Shown here: one piece after another, positions 31,432 through 40,591 of the stretch | Layout of the letters: each line of letters begins with the position of its first letter | Numbering within the stretch: the first letter of the stretch is position 1 | Origin: Coriobacteriia bacterium | Lineage (GTDB): Bacteria > Actinomycetota > Coriobacteriia > Anaerosomatales > PHET01 | Length of the DNA: 64,000 bases | Assembly (NCBI GenBank): GCA_035687245.1 | Contig: DASRYH010000028.1 | Location: 45,525 to 109,524 of the forward strand | Direction of reading: 5' to 3' | Program-made: the position numbers and the translations under genes | Notes under the pieces: model-generated | The model's input: the letters and a program-made list of their open reading frames with translations, nothing else | What the model was told of the DNA's origin: nothing | Databases searched by the model: none

Positions 31432-32931
31432 TTAGGCCTCAGGCCGCATGTGCGGGAAGAGCAGCACGTCGCGGATGGACGGCGAGTCGGTCAGCAGCAT
31501 CACCAGGCGGTCGATGCCGATTCCCAGACCGCCGGCGGGCGGCATGCCGTACTCCTGCGCGCGCAGGTAGTCTTCGTCGACCCACATCGCTTCGTCGTCG
31601 CCGGCATCCTTGGCTGCGGCCTGCTTTTCGAAGCGGCCGCGCTGGTCGACCGGGTCGACGAGCTCAGAGAAGGCGTTGGCGAACTCGCGACCTGTGATGA
31701 TGAGTTCGAAGCGGTCGGTGAGCTCGGAGTCCTCGTCATTTCGGCGAGCAAGCGGCGAAGTCTCCGCCGGATACATGGTCACGAAGGTCGGCTCGATGAG
31801 GGTGTGCTCCACGAGCTTCTCGAACAGCTCGGTAAGCAGCTTGCCCGCGCCCCACGACTTCTCGACCGGCACCTCGTGCTTGTCGCACAGCGCACGCAGC
31901 TCGTCGAGCGGAGTGTGGACGCTTACCTCGACGCCGGCGGCTTCGCTGGTGAGCTCAGCCATCGTGGCTCGGCGCCACGGCGACTCGAGCGAGACCTGCA
32001 TGCCCTGGTAGTCGAAGTCGAGCGTGCCGAGCACTTCGCGTGCGGCGTTCGTGATGATGCCTTCGGTCAGCTCCAGCATCGTCTGCATATTGCCGAAGGC
32101 CTGATAGGCCTCGAGCATCGTGAACTCGGGGTTGTGCCGCGGCGACATGCCCTCGTTGCGGAACGAGCGATTGATCTCGTAAACACGCTCGAAGCCGCCC
32201 ACAAGCAGGCGCTTCAGGTAGAGCTCGGGCGCGATACGCAGGTAGAGCGGCATATCGAGCGCGTTGTGGTGCGTCACGAACGGGCGCGCGGTCGCGCCAC
32301 CCGGGATCGGCTGGAGCATCGGCGTCTCGACCTCGAGGTAGCCCTGCGACTCCATGTAGCGCCGAATCGAGGCGATGATCTTGAAGCGCGTCTCGAAGAC
32401 GCCGCGCACCTCGGGGTTCGCGATCAGGTCCACGTAGCGGCGGCGATAGCGCGTCTCTTGGTCAGTGAGCCCGTGGAACTTCTCGGGCAGCGGAGATAGC
32501 GACTTCGAGAGCAGCGTCACCACGGTCGGCTGGACCGATAGCTCGCCGCGACGAGAGCGCAGGACGGTGCCGGTCGCGCCGACCCAGTCACCGAGGTCGA
32601 GGTCTTTGGCCGCCGAAAACGCCTCGTCGCCGAGGACGTTCACCCGGCAGAAGAGCTGTATCTCACCGGTGGCGTCGCGCAGAACGAGGAAGGCCATCTT
32701 GCCCTGATCGCGCTTGGCCACGAGACGGCCGGCGATGGTGACGACGTCGTCGGTCTCAGCACCTGCCTCGAGAGCGGCGTGACGCTCCAGCAGCTCAGCA
32801 GTGCGAGCGGTGATCTCGAAACCGTTGACGAAGGGTTCGACGCCAGCCGCGCGCAGTGCGTCGAGCTTCGCTCGCCGGACGACGAACGGGTCGTCCTCAG
32901 ACTCGAGGGGCTCGCGGACGTCGTCAGACAT
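31432..32931 (-). CDS. lysS: Lysyl-tRNA synthetase (class II)
   Basis: 499-aa ORF with an OB-fold N-terminus and class II motifs (FRNEG..., GGLGIGIDRLVMLL). Its ATG overlaps the greA TGA by 1 nt (TGATG). Confidence 0.96.
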   Translation of the reverse strand: MSDDVREPLESEDDPFVVRRAKLDALRAAGVEPFVNGFEITARTAELLERHAALEAGAETDDVVTIAGRLVAKRDQGKMAFLVLRDATGEIQLFCRVNVLGDEAFSAAKDLDLGDWVGATGTVLRSRRGELSVQPTVVTLLSKSLSPLPEKFHGLTDQETRYRRRYVDLIANPEVRGVFETRFKIIASIRRYMESQGYLEVETPMLQPIPGGATARPFVTHHNALDMPLYLRIAPELYLKRLLVGGFERVYEINRSFRNEGMSPRHNPEFTMLEAYQAFGNMQTMLELTEGIITNAAREVLGTLDFDYQGMQVSLESPWRRATMAELTSEAAGVEVSVHTPLDELRALCDKHEVPVEKSWGAGKLLTELFEKLVEHTLIEPTFVTMYPAETSPLARRNDEDSELTDRFELIITGREFANAFSELVDPVDQRGRFEKQAAAKDAGDDEAMWVDEDYLRAQEYGMPPAGGLGIGIDRLVMLLTDSPSIRDVLLFPHMRPEA

Positions 32932-33407
32932 CAGGAACGCGAGATCTTGACGATCTCGTACTCGATGACGGCGCCGCGCGGGGTGGTGACCTGAACGACC
33001 TCGCCCTTCTTGTGGCCCATGATGGACTGACCGACCGGCGACTCGTTGCTGATGCGGTCGTGCGCCGGGTCGGCCTCGGCGGAGCCGACGACCTGGTAGG
33101 CGTGAACATCACCGGTCTCGACGTCTTTGATCTCGACGTGAGCACCGAGCGTCACCTTGGTGGTGTTCTTGGGCGCGTCGATGATCGTCGCGTTAGCGAG
33201 AATCTGGTTGATCTCGATGATGCGGCTCTCGACCCATGCCTGCTCGTTCTTGGCGTCGTCGTACTCCGAGTTCTCGGAGATGTCGCCGAACTCCTTGGCT
33301 TCCTTGATGCGTTCGCCGACTTCGCGACGGCGAACCGTCTCGAGGTGGCGGAGTTCGTCTTCGAGCTTCGCCTGGCCTTCTGGCGTGAGCGCGATCTCTC
33401 TGTGCAT
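32931..33407 (-). CDS. greA: Transcription elongation factor GreA
   Basis: 158-aa ORF with ...EFGDISENSEYDDAKNEQ... followed by a C-terminal FKBP-like part. Confidence 0.95.
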   Translation of the reverse strand: MHREIALTPEGQAKLEDELRHLETVRRREVGERIKEAKEFGDISENSEYDDAKNEQAWVESRIIEINQILANATIIDAPKNTTKVTLGAHVEIKDVETGDVHAYQVVGSAEADPAHDRISNESPVGQSIMGHKKGEVVQVTTPRGAVIEYEIVKISRS

Positions 33408-33593
33408 CGATACTCCCTGTCGAGTTGCCCGCGTTAGACCCCCTGGCCGCAGGCATGGCCGCTAACGCACGGACCGCCCATTGAGGGCGGCCCGTCGAAA
33501 TGTCCACGAGATAATAAGCTGATACCAGCGCGAAGGCAACCGCGGGTCCGCTATGCGGAGCCCCTCTGGCGCCGTGCGCGAGTCGATATGAGG

Positions 33594-33833
33594 CTACTCG
33601 GACTTCGACTCAGACTTCGTCGGCTCGCTGCTGGCGACCGCATCGTTGTCGGAGAGAGCCTCTGTCTTCGCGGCCTTCTCTTCATCGTTGGCGGAGTCGA
33701 AGCCCTCGCGCACGTCCTTGACTGCCTTGCCGAACATGCGGCTGAGCTTCGGGATCTGCTTGGGCCCGAAGAGCAGAAGGATGATCACCAGGATGATGCC
33801 CAGTTCCATGGGGCCAAGTCCGAACAGGTTCAT
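33594..33833 (-). CDS. tatA: Twin-arginine translocase subunit TatA/E
   Basis: MNLFGLGPMELGIILVIILLLFGPKQIPKLSRMFGKAVKDVREGF. ATG 33833 with GGAGG upstream is preferred to the TTG at 33860. Confidence 0.82.
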   Translation of the reverse strand: MNLFGLGPMELGIILVIILLLFGPKQIPKLSRMFGKAVKDVREGFDSANDEEKAAKTEALSDNDAVASSEPTKSESKSE

Positions 33834-33919
33834 CTCGTTCCTTACCTCCGTGTCGATCAATTCGTGTCGGCCGATGCCGGGCGGCCGTGGAAACGCCGAG
33901 GGCTAGCGTAGCACCCAAG

Positions 33920-34576
33920 TCATACGCCTGCCACGGTCTCTGTCCGTGACAGGTAGTACAGCGTGTTCATCAGTTCACGCACCGGATCCGTGTTGTGAAG
34001 CACCACGTCATCGGAGACGGTCACGTACGTTGACGAGTAGTTCAAGATCACTTGCATCCCCGCCTTGCAGAGCCGGTCCGCTACGGCTTGCGCCGCCTCG
34101 GGAGGAACGGCAATCACGCCGAACCGGATGCTCTGCTCGCGCGCCACTCGCTCTAGCTCCGCGATATCGCGAACGATTAGGTCGCCGAAGCGCTGACCGA
34201 TCTTGCGGGGGTCGCTGTCAAAAAGGGCCGCAACCACGAAGCCTCGAGAACGCAGCCCGTCATACCTTGCGATAGCGGTGCCAAGGTTGCCTGCGCCCAC
34301 GATTGCGAGCCGGTGTGAGTGGTCTGAGCCAAGGATTCGCTGGAGCCTGTCGACCAACATGCTGATGTCGTAGCCCACTCCCCGCTTGCCGAACTGGCCG
34401 AAGTACGCGAGGTCACGACGAATCTGCGCGGCGTTGACTTCAGCGAGTTCGGAGAGCCGCGCCGAAGATGCGGTCTGGTCGCCTTCTCCGCGCAGGTGAA
34501 GTAGCGCATTGAGGTATGCGGGAAGCCGCTCGATGACGCCTTGCGGGATGCGGGAGTCTGTAGCTGGCAAGTGCAA
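33920..34576 (-). CDS. rex: Redox-sensing transcriptional repressor Rex
   Basis: 218-aa ORF with IPQGVIERLPAYLNALLHL (wHTH) and a Rossmann fold LAIVGAGNLGTAIA. Confidence 0.9.
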   Translation of the reverse strand: MHLPATDSRIPQGVIERLPAYLNALLHLRGEGDQTASSARLSELAEVNAAQIRRDLAYFGQFGKRGVGYDISMLVDRLQRILGSDHSHRLAIVGAGNLGTAIARYDGLRSRGFVVAALFDSDPRKIGQRFGDLIVRDIAELERVAREQSIRFGVIAVPPEAAQAVADRLCKAGMQVILNYSSTYVTVSDDVVLHNTDPVRELMNTLYYLSRTETVAGV

Positions 34577-34627
34577 AGGACGGCCCCTCGAATCGCTACC
34601 GGACGATTCGGATCAACAACCCAAACA

Positions 34628-34645
34628 TCGTAACAGTTGTTACAA
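34628..34645. promoter_or_regulatory. Candidate Rex operator upstream of rex
   Basis: TCGTAAC-AGTT-GTTACAA is an 18-bp inverted repeat 52-69 nt upstream of the rex start. It has the same half-sites as 62197..62214. It shares the TTGT...ACAA frame and 7-4-7 spacing of the recalled Rex consensus TTGTGAA-N4-TTCACAA. Confidence 0.5.
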
Positions 34646-34726
34646 ACATCAACAACGATTTCGGGGGCAGATGAGCATGCGGAACAGGCTCAGGGCACAC
34701 CATGGGTCTGCGGCGCAGCGTCGAGA

Positions 34727-35851
34727 CTAGCTCAGTGCCTCTTCCAGCCTCGAGATGACGTCCGAGCGCGTGATGACTCCCACGAGACGCCCTTGGTCCA
34801 CCACGAGCAGCGCGCCCGGCCGGTCCCCCGCAAGACGCCCAAGCACCGTGTCCACCGGCGTATCAGCCTTAACCACAAGAGCGTCGAGCCCGCGGTTGGT
34901 CACGTCGATGGTCTTGACGAAGGGCCACTCTGACATCTCGACCCTCTTCACGTCTGGCAGCGTGATGAGCCCGACGATCGCGCCGTCGTAGAAGACGGGA
35001 TACCTGGAGTGCCGGCGGCCGATGAAGTGCTCGTTGACGAGCACGTCGAGCGTCGACGAGCCTTCAACGTACTCAGGCTCCGACGACATGATGTCGCGCG
35101 CTGTCACGCCTTCCAGCGTCGACTTGACCACCTGCTGCTGAAGGGCCTGACTCGCGAGTGTGGCGATGAACCAGCCGACGAGTCCGAACCAGATGAGGTC
35201 TGCGCTGCCCTGCAGGACGCTGTAGACGGCCAGCACGACCATCGACCAGCCGATGAACTGGCCGGAGCGAACCGCCCAGCGCGTCGCCTTCATCGCATCG
35301 CCGGTGATGCCCCATAGAATCGACCTCAAGACCCGACCGCCATCGAGCGGGAATCCAGGGAGCAGGTTGAAGACGGCGACGAACATGTTGATCAGCGACA
35401 GGTACTGCAGAGGTGCCGAGACAAACCAAGGCGCGCCCTGTGCTGTCGCGACCGCGTAGGCGAGGAACAGAGCGGCTGCCAGCACCAGGCTCATCGCCGG
35501 GCCAGCGGCGGCCATCAAGAACTCTCGTCCCGGCGTCTTGGGCTCTTCGTCGATCTGCGCGACGCCGCCGAAGATGAAGAGCGTGATCCTCTCCACGTGA
35601 CCGCCTTCCGCGCGCGCCACAAGCGAGTGACACAACTCGTGAGCGAGTATCGAGGCGAAGAAGAGCAGCGAGGTGACAGCCCCCACCACGTAGTGCAGCA
35701 CGGCCGGGGCGCCAGTGGCGCCCGGGATGCGCGGGAAGTAGCTCGAACCGAGCGAGAAGGTCACCAACCCAAAGATCACGAGCCAGCTCAAGTCGACCTC
35801 GACGGGGATGCCGAAGATCTTTCCGAGCCGTATGGACGGAACGTCGAACAT
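34727..35851 (-). CDS. Site-2 (M50) zinc metalloprotease with C-terminal CBS pair
   Basis: 374-aa ORF with the HELCH zinc motif, multiple TM helices, and CBS-like repeats at the C-terminus. Confidence 0.85.
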   Translation of the reverse strand: MFDVPSIRLGKIFGIPVEVDLSWLVIFGLVTFSLGSSYFPRIPGATGAPAVLHYVVGAVTSLLFFASILAHELCHSLVARAEGGHVERITLFIFGGVAQIDEEPKTPGREFLMAAAGPAMSLVLAAALFLAYAVATAQGAPWFVSAPLQYLSLINMFVAVFNLLPGFPLDGGRVLRSILWGITGDAMKATRWAVRSGQFIGWSMVVLAVYSVLQGSADLIWFGLVGWFIATLASQALQQQVVKSTLEGVTARDIMSSEPEYVEGSSTLDVLVNEHFIGRRHSRYPVFYDGAIVGLITLPDVKRVEMSEWPFVKTIDVTNRGLDALVVKADTPVDTVLGRLAGDRPGALLVVDQGRLVGVITRSDVISRLEEALS

Positions 35852-35888
35852 CTCCGGCTACCCCCGTCGTGGGACGACTAATCCTGCG

Positions 35889-36707
35889 CTAGAAAGCAGC
35901 TCCGCTGAGAGCGGTGGCACACACGCAAGGGCGCTCGGCGGGCAGCGCCGGAATCATCCTGTAGATGAGGTCCTTGACCTTGCTGTTGTTCTCGTTGAAT
36001 ACACGGACGACCTCGTCGTTGGTTACCGGCGGGACGTCTTCCATGCCAGCGTCGTAATCGGTGATCAGCGAGATGTTGCAGTAGCACATCTCCAGCTCAC
36101 GGGCGAGGTAGCACTCGGGGTACTGGGTCATGTTGATGACCTCCCAACCCTGCGAGGCGAACCAGCGCGACTCCGCACGTGTCGAGAATCGCGGGCCCTG
36201 GATGACGACTACCGTACCGGTGGGGTGAGCGGTGACTCCAACCTGCGAGGCACACTCGATCGCAACCTTGCGCATGTCGGGGCAGTACGGATCCGCCGAC
36301 GACACGTGGGTCGTGATGGGACCGTCGTAGAACGTGTCCTTGCGGCCCCACGTCCGGTCTACGAACTGGTCGCAGATGACAAAGTGGCCCGGCTCGACGT
36401 GCTTCTGGAGCGAGCCGCATGCGTTGGGGCCGATGATGCGCTGGACCCCGAGCTCCTTCATCGCCCACAGGTTCGCACGGAAGTTGATCATGTGTGGCGG
36501 CAGGTTGTGCTCTTTGCCGTGCCGCGGAAGGAACGCCACGGTGCGCCCGCCGATCTCGCCGACCATGACCGGTGACGAGGGTGCACCGAAGGGCGTCGAG
36601 ACGCGGTGCTCCTTGGGGTTGTCGAGCAGTTCATAGAAGCCGCTGCCGCCGAAGACACCGATCTCGGCGGTCGGGAAGTCGCTCATCGAATCCTCCTTTG
36701 ACGCCAC
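35889..36707 (-). CDS. mtnP: S-methyl-5'-thioadenosine phosphorylase
   Basis: 272-aa ORF IGVFGGSGFY...FLPRHGKEH...PHMINFRANLWAMKELGV...MTQYPE, typical of the MTAP/PNP family. Confidence 0.88.
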   Translation of the reverse strand: MASKEDSMSDFPTAEIGVFGGSGFYELLDNPKEHRVSTPFGAPSSPVMVGEIGGRTVAFLPRHGKEHNLPPHMINFRANLWAMKELGVQRIIGPNACGSLQKHVEPGHFVICDQFVDRTWGRKDTFYDGPITTHVSSADPYCPDMRKVAIECASQVGVTAHPTGTVVVIQGPRFSTRAESRWFASQGWEVINMTQYPECYLARELEMCYCNISLITDYDAGMEDVPPVTNDEVVRVFNENNSKVKDLIYRMIPALPAERPCVCATALSGAAF

Positions 36708-36774
36708 GCTTACGCGGGCCTCACGCTGGTTGGGCGGGTGCCTGTAGATTCTAGTGCATCCCTACCCATTCGCC

Positions 36775-37773
36775 CTATGCGGAGAGCCGAAAGTGGGCAT
36801 CGTCCTCCGTCGGCCTGGTCGGACGGTCGTCGTCGACCGGCTTGGGCGCGTACAGCGGCCGCCGGAAGAGGTTCGCCGCGTCGGTCCAGTTCTCCTCGAT
36901 GATGGTCGCGCCACTCAACAGCGCCGCGAAACCGGCGGCCTTCGCGTCGAGGTTGTCGATGTGGTGCAAGAGCAACGCCTCGAAGGTCGAGGGCCGCTTC
37001 GGCGAGCCCCACTCGAGCTCGCCATGGTGAGAGATCACCGCATGTTCGAGACGCAGTAGCACGTCGGCATCGAGATCAACACGCGCAGAGGCGTCGCGAA
37101 GGCGCATAGCGCCGCTGACTACGTGCCCCATCAGCCGCCCTGAGTCCGAATAGGCGATCCCGGTGCTGAACGTGAGCTCGTCGACCTTGCCGATATCGTG
37201 CAGAAGCGCTGCCGCAACCAAGACATCGGCGTCGATGCCGTCGTAGCGATCCGCCGCATCCACGCACAGCGAAGCAACCGAGACCGTGTGCTCGAGCAGC
37301 CCGCCGATGTAGGCATGGTGATAGCCCTGCGACGCCGGGCACATGACGAACGACTCGAAGAATGCTTTGTCGCCGAAGACGGTGCGGAGCAGCCGCCGAA
37401 GTCCCGGATCCTTGACCTTGCGCACCAGCTGTCGCAGCTCGGCGACGAGCTCGTTTCTGTCCCGAACACCCGAGCCGACCAGATCCTCGACGCTCCACTC
37501 CGCCGTCGGCTCCAGATGCTCGACTGAGACTCGGCGAATACCGCGATACACGGTGACGGTGCCCCGTACACGGACCGCTCCGCCGGCTGGTACTCCGCCG
37601 GCATCGGCGCCGGGGCGAAACATGACACCCGGGATGGAGCCGGTGCGGTCACCCAACTCCAGCGAGAGGTAGGCGTCCCCGTTGCGGGCGGCGCGCATCT
37701 CACGACTCCTGAGCACGAAGGTCGAGTCGACGCGGCACCCTTCGGTGAGTTCGTTGATAAAGCGTGCCTTCAT
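36775..37773 (-). CDS. OB-fold + HD-domain protein (YhaM-like 3'-5' exoribonuclease family)
   Basis: MKARFINELTEGCRVDSTFVLRS... (OB fold), followed by an HD domain (LLEHTVSV...AALLHDIGK...ISHHGELEWGSP). Start at ATG 37773. Confidence 0.7.
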   Translation of the reverse strand: MKARFINELTEGCRVDSTFVLRSREMRAARNGDAYLSLELGDRTGSIPGVMFRPGADAGGVPAGGAVRVRGTVTVYRGIRRVSVEHLEPTAEWSVEDLVGSGVRDRNELVAELRQLVRKVKDPGLRRLLRTVFGDKAFFESFVMCPASQGYHHAYIGGLLEHTVSVASLCVDAADRYDGIDADVLVAAALLHDIGKVDELTFSTGIAYSDSGRLMGHVVSGAMRLRDASARVDLDADVLLRLEHAVISHHGELEWGSPKRPSTFEALLLHHIDNLDAKAAGFAALLSGATIIEENWTDAANLFRRPLYAPKPVDDDRPTRPTEDDAHFRLSA

Positions 37774-37828
37774 GTCGACCCTCTTCTCTCGGTGATGGCC
37801 CGAGTCTAGAAGGGGGGTCTGACATCGA

Positions 37829-38632
37829 TCAGGCGCGACGAACGCGCACCCTGGTGCCGGGCTCGACTCCGAAGCGATCGGCTGCATCGCCGAAGTTCAC
37901 CGCCAGCGTGAGCCAGCCCGACGAGTCAACGAGCGCAACTGCTTCTCCTTCAGAGACATCGGCGAAGGTCGTCGCGAGCGGCACCACAAGCGTGTTGTGG
38001 CCCAAGGTGACTTCAAGCCGCTCGCCCGCCAGCCCGAGTGATTCAAGGTCCTCCGCGGGTATGTTGAAGCGCAGCGAGCCGAATCTGTCGGCCTCGAGCA
38101 CCTCGCCAACGACGTAGTCGCCTTCGAGTTCGCATCGCCCGAAGGGCGCCGCCACCAGCTCGTTGGCGTCGACCTCAACCCCGAGCGCCAGCGGATTGAC
38201 GCCACAGGCGAGAGCCGCCGCGGCCGGCGCGAGGACGTCGCGAGCGTGAAACGTTGCGAGAGGGCCCCGAAAGTCGATCTTGCCCGGGTCGATGCGTATG
38301 GCCTGTCGAATCCCGCCACCACGCCACGCCGCCGGAAGTAGCACTCCGTTGTCGGGGCCTACAAGCCTCGTCCCCTGCTCGCAGATGATGCACAGGTCGG
38401 CACGCCCGCCACCCACGCCTGGGTCGACAACGACGAGGTGTATCGCATCCGGCAGCTGGTAGACACCGGCGGCCGCGGTCGCCGCTCCCTTGCGGATGTC
38501 GAACGGCGGTATCTGGTGCCCCAGGTCCACGACGTACGCCTGTGGACAGGCCCGATGAATCACCGCATGGCAGACGCCGACCCACGTGTCTTCAAGCCCG
38601 AAGTCAGAGACAAAGCTGATGATGGACTGCAC
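37829..38632 (-). CDS. SAM hydrolase / SAM hydroxide adenosyltransferase family protein (DUF62)
   Basis: 267-aa ORF IISFVSDFGLEDTWVGVCHAVI...LVVVDPGVG...GPDNGVL, the signature of the fluorinase/chlorinase-related family. Confidence 0.75.
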   Translation of the reverse strand: MQSIISFVSDFGLEDTWVGVCHAVIHRACPQAYVVDLGHQIPPFDIRKGAATAAAGVYQLPDAIHLVVVDPGVGGGRADLCIICEQGTRLVGPDNGVLLPAAWRGGGIRQAIRIDPGKIDFRGPLATFHARDVLAPAAAALACGVNPLALGVEVDANELVAAPFGRCELEGDYVVGEVLEADRFGSLRFNIPAEDLESLGLAGERLEVTLGHNTLVVPLATTFADVSEGEAVALVDSSGWLTLAVNFGDAADRFGVEPGTRVRVRRA

Positions 38633-38715
38633 GAAGCATTCCTCTCGAAGTGGTCACATCGGGGGCACACGCCATCGACTAGTATGGTAGTACCCGAGCG
38701 CGTGGAGGTTCTTGC

Positions 38716-39156
38716 GTGAAAAGGCAGTCCGTCTGGCTCGCTTCGCTTGTTGCGGTCGTTGCCCTCCTTCTCCTATCTGGCTGTGCCAACAACGCGCCGC
38801 GCTTCGTAGACGAAGGCAAGAGCTACTCGGCAGACGCCGCGCTCGAGCTTCCGATCGACATCAACGCCGGTGCAGTTGCGGGGCGTCCCGTGGGTGAGGC
38901 CGACAAGTTGCGGACCGACGCGCTGGCTGCCCTCAGGCGCCAGGGTGGCGACAAGGCCGACGTCGCGGCGGTCATCACCAAGAGCCTCCCGAACAACTCA
39001 CGCGGTGTGCCCTTCTACGTGGAACTTGCCGAAGTGGACAGCGTGCCCGCCATCATCGTCATCGAAGCGATCGGACCCAAGAAGGGCACGCTCGAGGACA
39101 AACGCGTATGGGTGCTGGACCGAAACGGCAAGATCCTGCTGATGGGCAACCGCTAG
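38716..39156 (+). CDS. Putative lipoprotein
   Basis: 146-aa ORF, GTG start after GGAGG. Signal peptide with lipobox LLLSGC. Confidence 0.6.
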   Translation: MKRQSVWLASLVAVVALLLLSGCANNAPRFVDEGKSYSADAALELPIDINAGAVAGRPVGEADKLRTDALAALRRQGGDKADVAAVITKSLPNNSRGVPFYVELAEVDSVPAIIVIEAIGPKKGTLEDKRVWVLDRNGKILLMGNR

Positions 39157-39177
39157 GACTAGAGCCCGGCGAGATTC

Positions 39178-39552
39178 TTATGCGCACAGCCGGTCGTGGA
39201 ACTCACGCGAGAGCTCTGGCGTCAGCAGGTGCGCCCAACCGCGCGAAACCTCGTCCCATGCATCAGTCGTGCTTCTCCCCGATCGAATGAGATCCTCGAC
39301 CACGCTGTCGACCACAAGGCGAGCGGCGTGCGTGCTGTCACCACCGCGGCGCACCAGCTTGCGACGGATCACACCGCGGTAGTAGGACTCCGCGCGCCTC
39401 TCCAGTCCGAGCGCAGGAGCCTCGCGCAGTGCGCAGCGTGTGGCGGCCACCGCACAACTCACCACGTCGGCCGGCACCTCGCCAGCCTCGAGGCTGCGCC
39501 TACGCAGCTGGGCAAGGGTTCTCTCAAGCGTGTTGCGGGTGTTGTTCTGCAC
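39178..39552 (-). CDS. Hypothetical protein
   Basis: 124-aa ORF with protein-like composition. I recognise no motif. Confidence 0.4.
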   Translation of the reverse strand: MQNNTRNTLERTLAQLRRRSLEAGEVPADVVSCAVAATRCALREAPALGLERRAESYYRGVIRRKLVRRGGDSTHAARLVVDSVVEDLIRSGRSTTDAWDEVSRGWAHLLTPELSREFHDRLCA

Positions 39553-39620
39553 AGTCGGCCTCCTTCACTGCCTGCTTCCACAGCGAAGGTAGGTGACGGC
39601 TCTGACATCTATTGCGGGCG

Positions 39621-40316
39621 TCAGCTCGCGAGCCGCCTCGCGAGCGCCTCGAGCATGAGCCGGACTCCACCCGCTGCCGCGATCTCAGCAAGTGCCATGG
39701 CCAACGCCACGAGCCCGGGCGCGATGAGGTCACGTGCGCGTTCGGCCTTCCGGTCGAACCAGGGCAGCATGCCGACCATCACGGCGTTGATGGCGGCTAA
39801 CGTGGCAAGCACCGACAGCGCGATCAGGACCGGGAATGCGGCGCCAAGCAAGGGGCCACCAAGCCCGACGAGCGCAATGCTCACCGGCACACCAGCCAGC
39901 CATACCCAGAATCGCCACGCAGTGTCCAGGACGCGAACCTGCGCGGCCCTCTTCCACATGACGTCGTTGAACATCGGGGTCACGGCAGCCGCCACAGCGA
40001 AGCCGACGCCCATTCCACTGGCAAGCCTCAGCCAGTTGGTGGTCTCTCTGAAGCCGCCATACGACGAGACGCCGTCCCAGCCCATGAATGCGACCAAGAG
40101 CCCCATCACCACCCACACGTGGGTACGCGGGAAGCCCCGGGGCTTGTCACGGTGAAAGAAAGCGATCAACACGAAGGCGAGTGTGAACCCGACGTAGATG
40201 CCGGTATCGCGTGCGCACACGGGCGCTTGAAGACCGCCGGCGACGTAGGAGCGCTCCGGAAGTTGGTGGCAAAGCCCGTAGCCGAGCCAGTGCAGCAGCG
40301 CCTGCAGCACACTCAC
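39621..40316 (-). CDS. Integral membrane protein (DUF2085-like)
   Basis: 231-aa ORF. The N-terminus LGYGLCHQLPERSY is typical of DUF2085, followed by 5-6 TM helices. Confidence 0.6.
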   Translation of the reverse strand: MSVLQALLHWLGYGLCHQLPERSYVAGGLQAPVCARDTGIYVGFTLAFVLIAFFHRDKPRGFPRTHVWVVMGLLVAFMGWDGVSSYGGFRETTNWLRLASGMGVGFAVAAAVTPMFNDVMWKRAAQVRVLDTAWRFWVWLAGVPVSIALVGLGGPLLGAAFPVLIALSVLATLAAINAVMVGMLPWFDRKAERARDLIAPGLVALAMALAEIAAAGGVRLMLEALARRLAS

Positions 40317-40370
40317 CCCTTGGACGAAGAACGGCGGGCCGCATTGAGCGACCCGCCGCTTTCAGCCGAA

Positions 40371-40447
<77 letters not shown>

Positions 40448-40533
40448 GCGAGGGGAAATGCTATCACGCCGAACAGCGGCACGCTACAACTTTGTTTTCG
40501 CATTACCCGAGCTGACGCGCCCAGAACAAATGA

Positions 40534-40565
40534 GGAGGCCCGACCGTGTTACCGGCCGGGCCTCC
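40534..40565 (-). terminator. Intrinsic terminator after the 24-haem cytochrome gene
   Basis: GGAGGCCCG...CGGGCCTCC forms a 9-bp stem with extra inner pairs. It is followed on the minus strand by TCATTTGTTCT, 27 nt after the stop. Confidence 0.65.
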
Positions 40566-40591
40566 ACTACGTCTTCCGCAGTCGGCTTCTG

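Noticed and set aside
40448-40591. Integrase, attachment-site or other mobile-element signatures next to tRNA-Pro.
   Set aside because: No recombinase-like ORF and no obvious repeat of the tRNA 3' end were found in the window. The gap holds only the cytochrome terminator.
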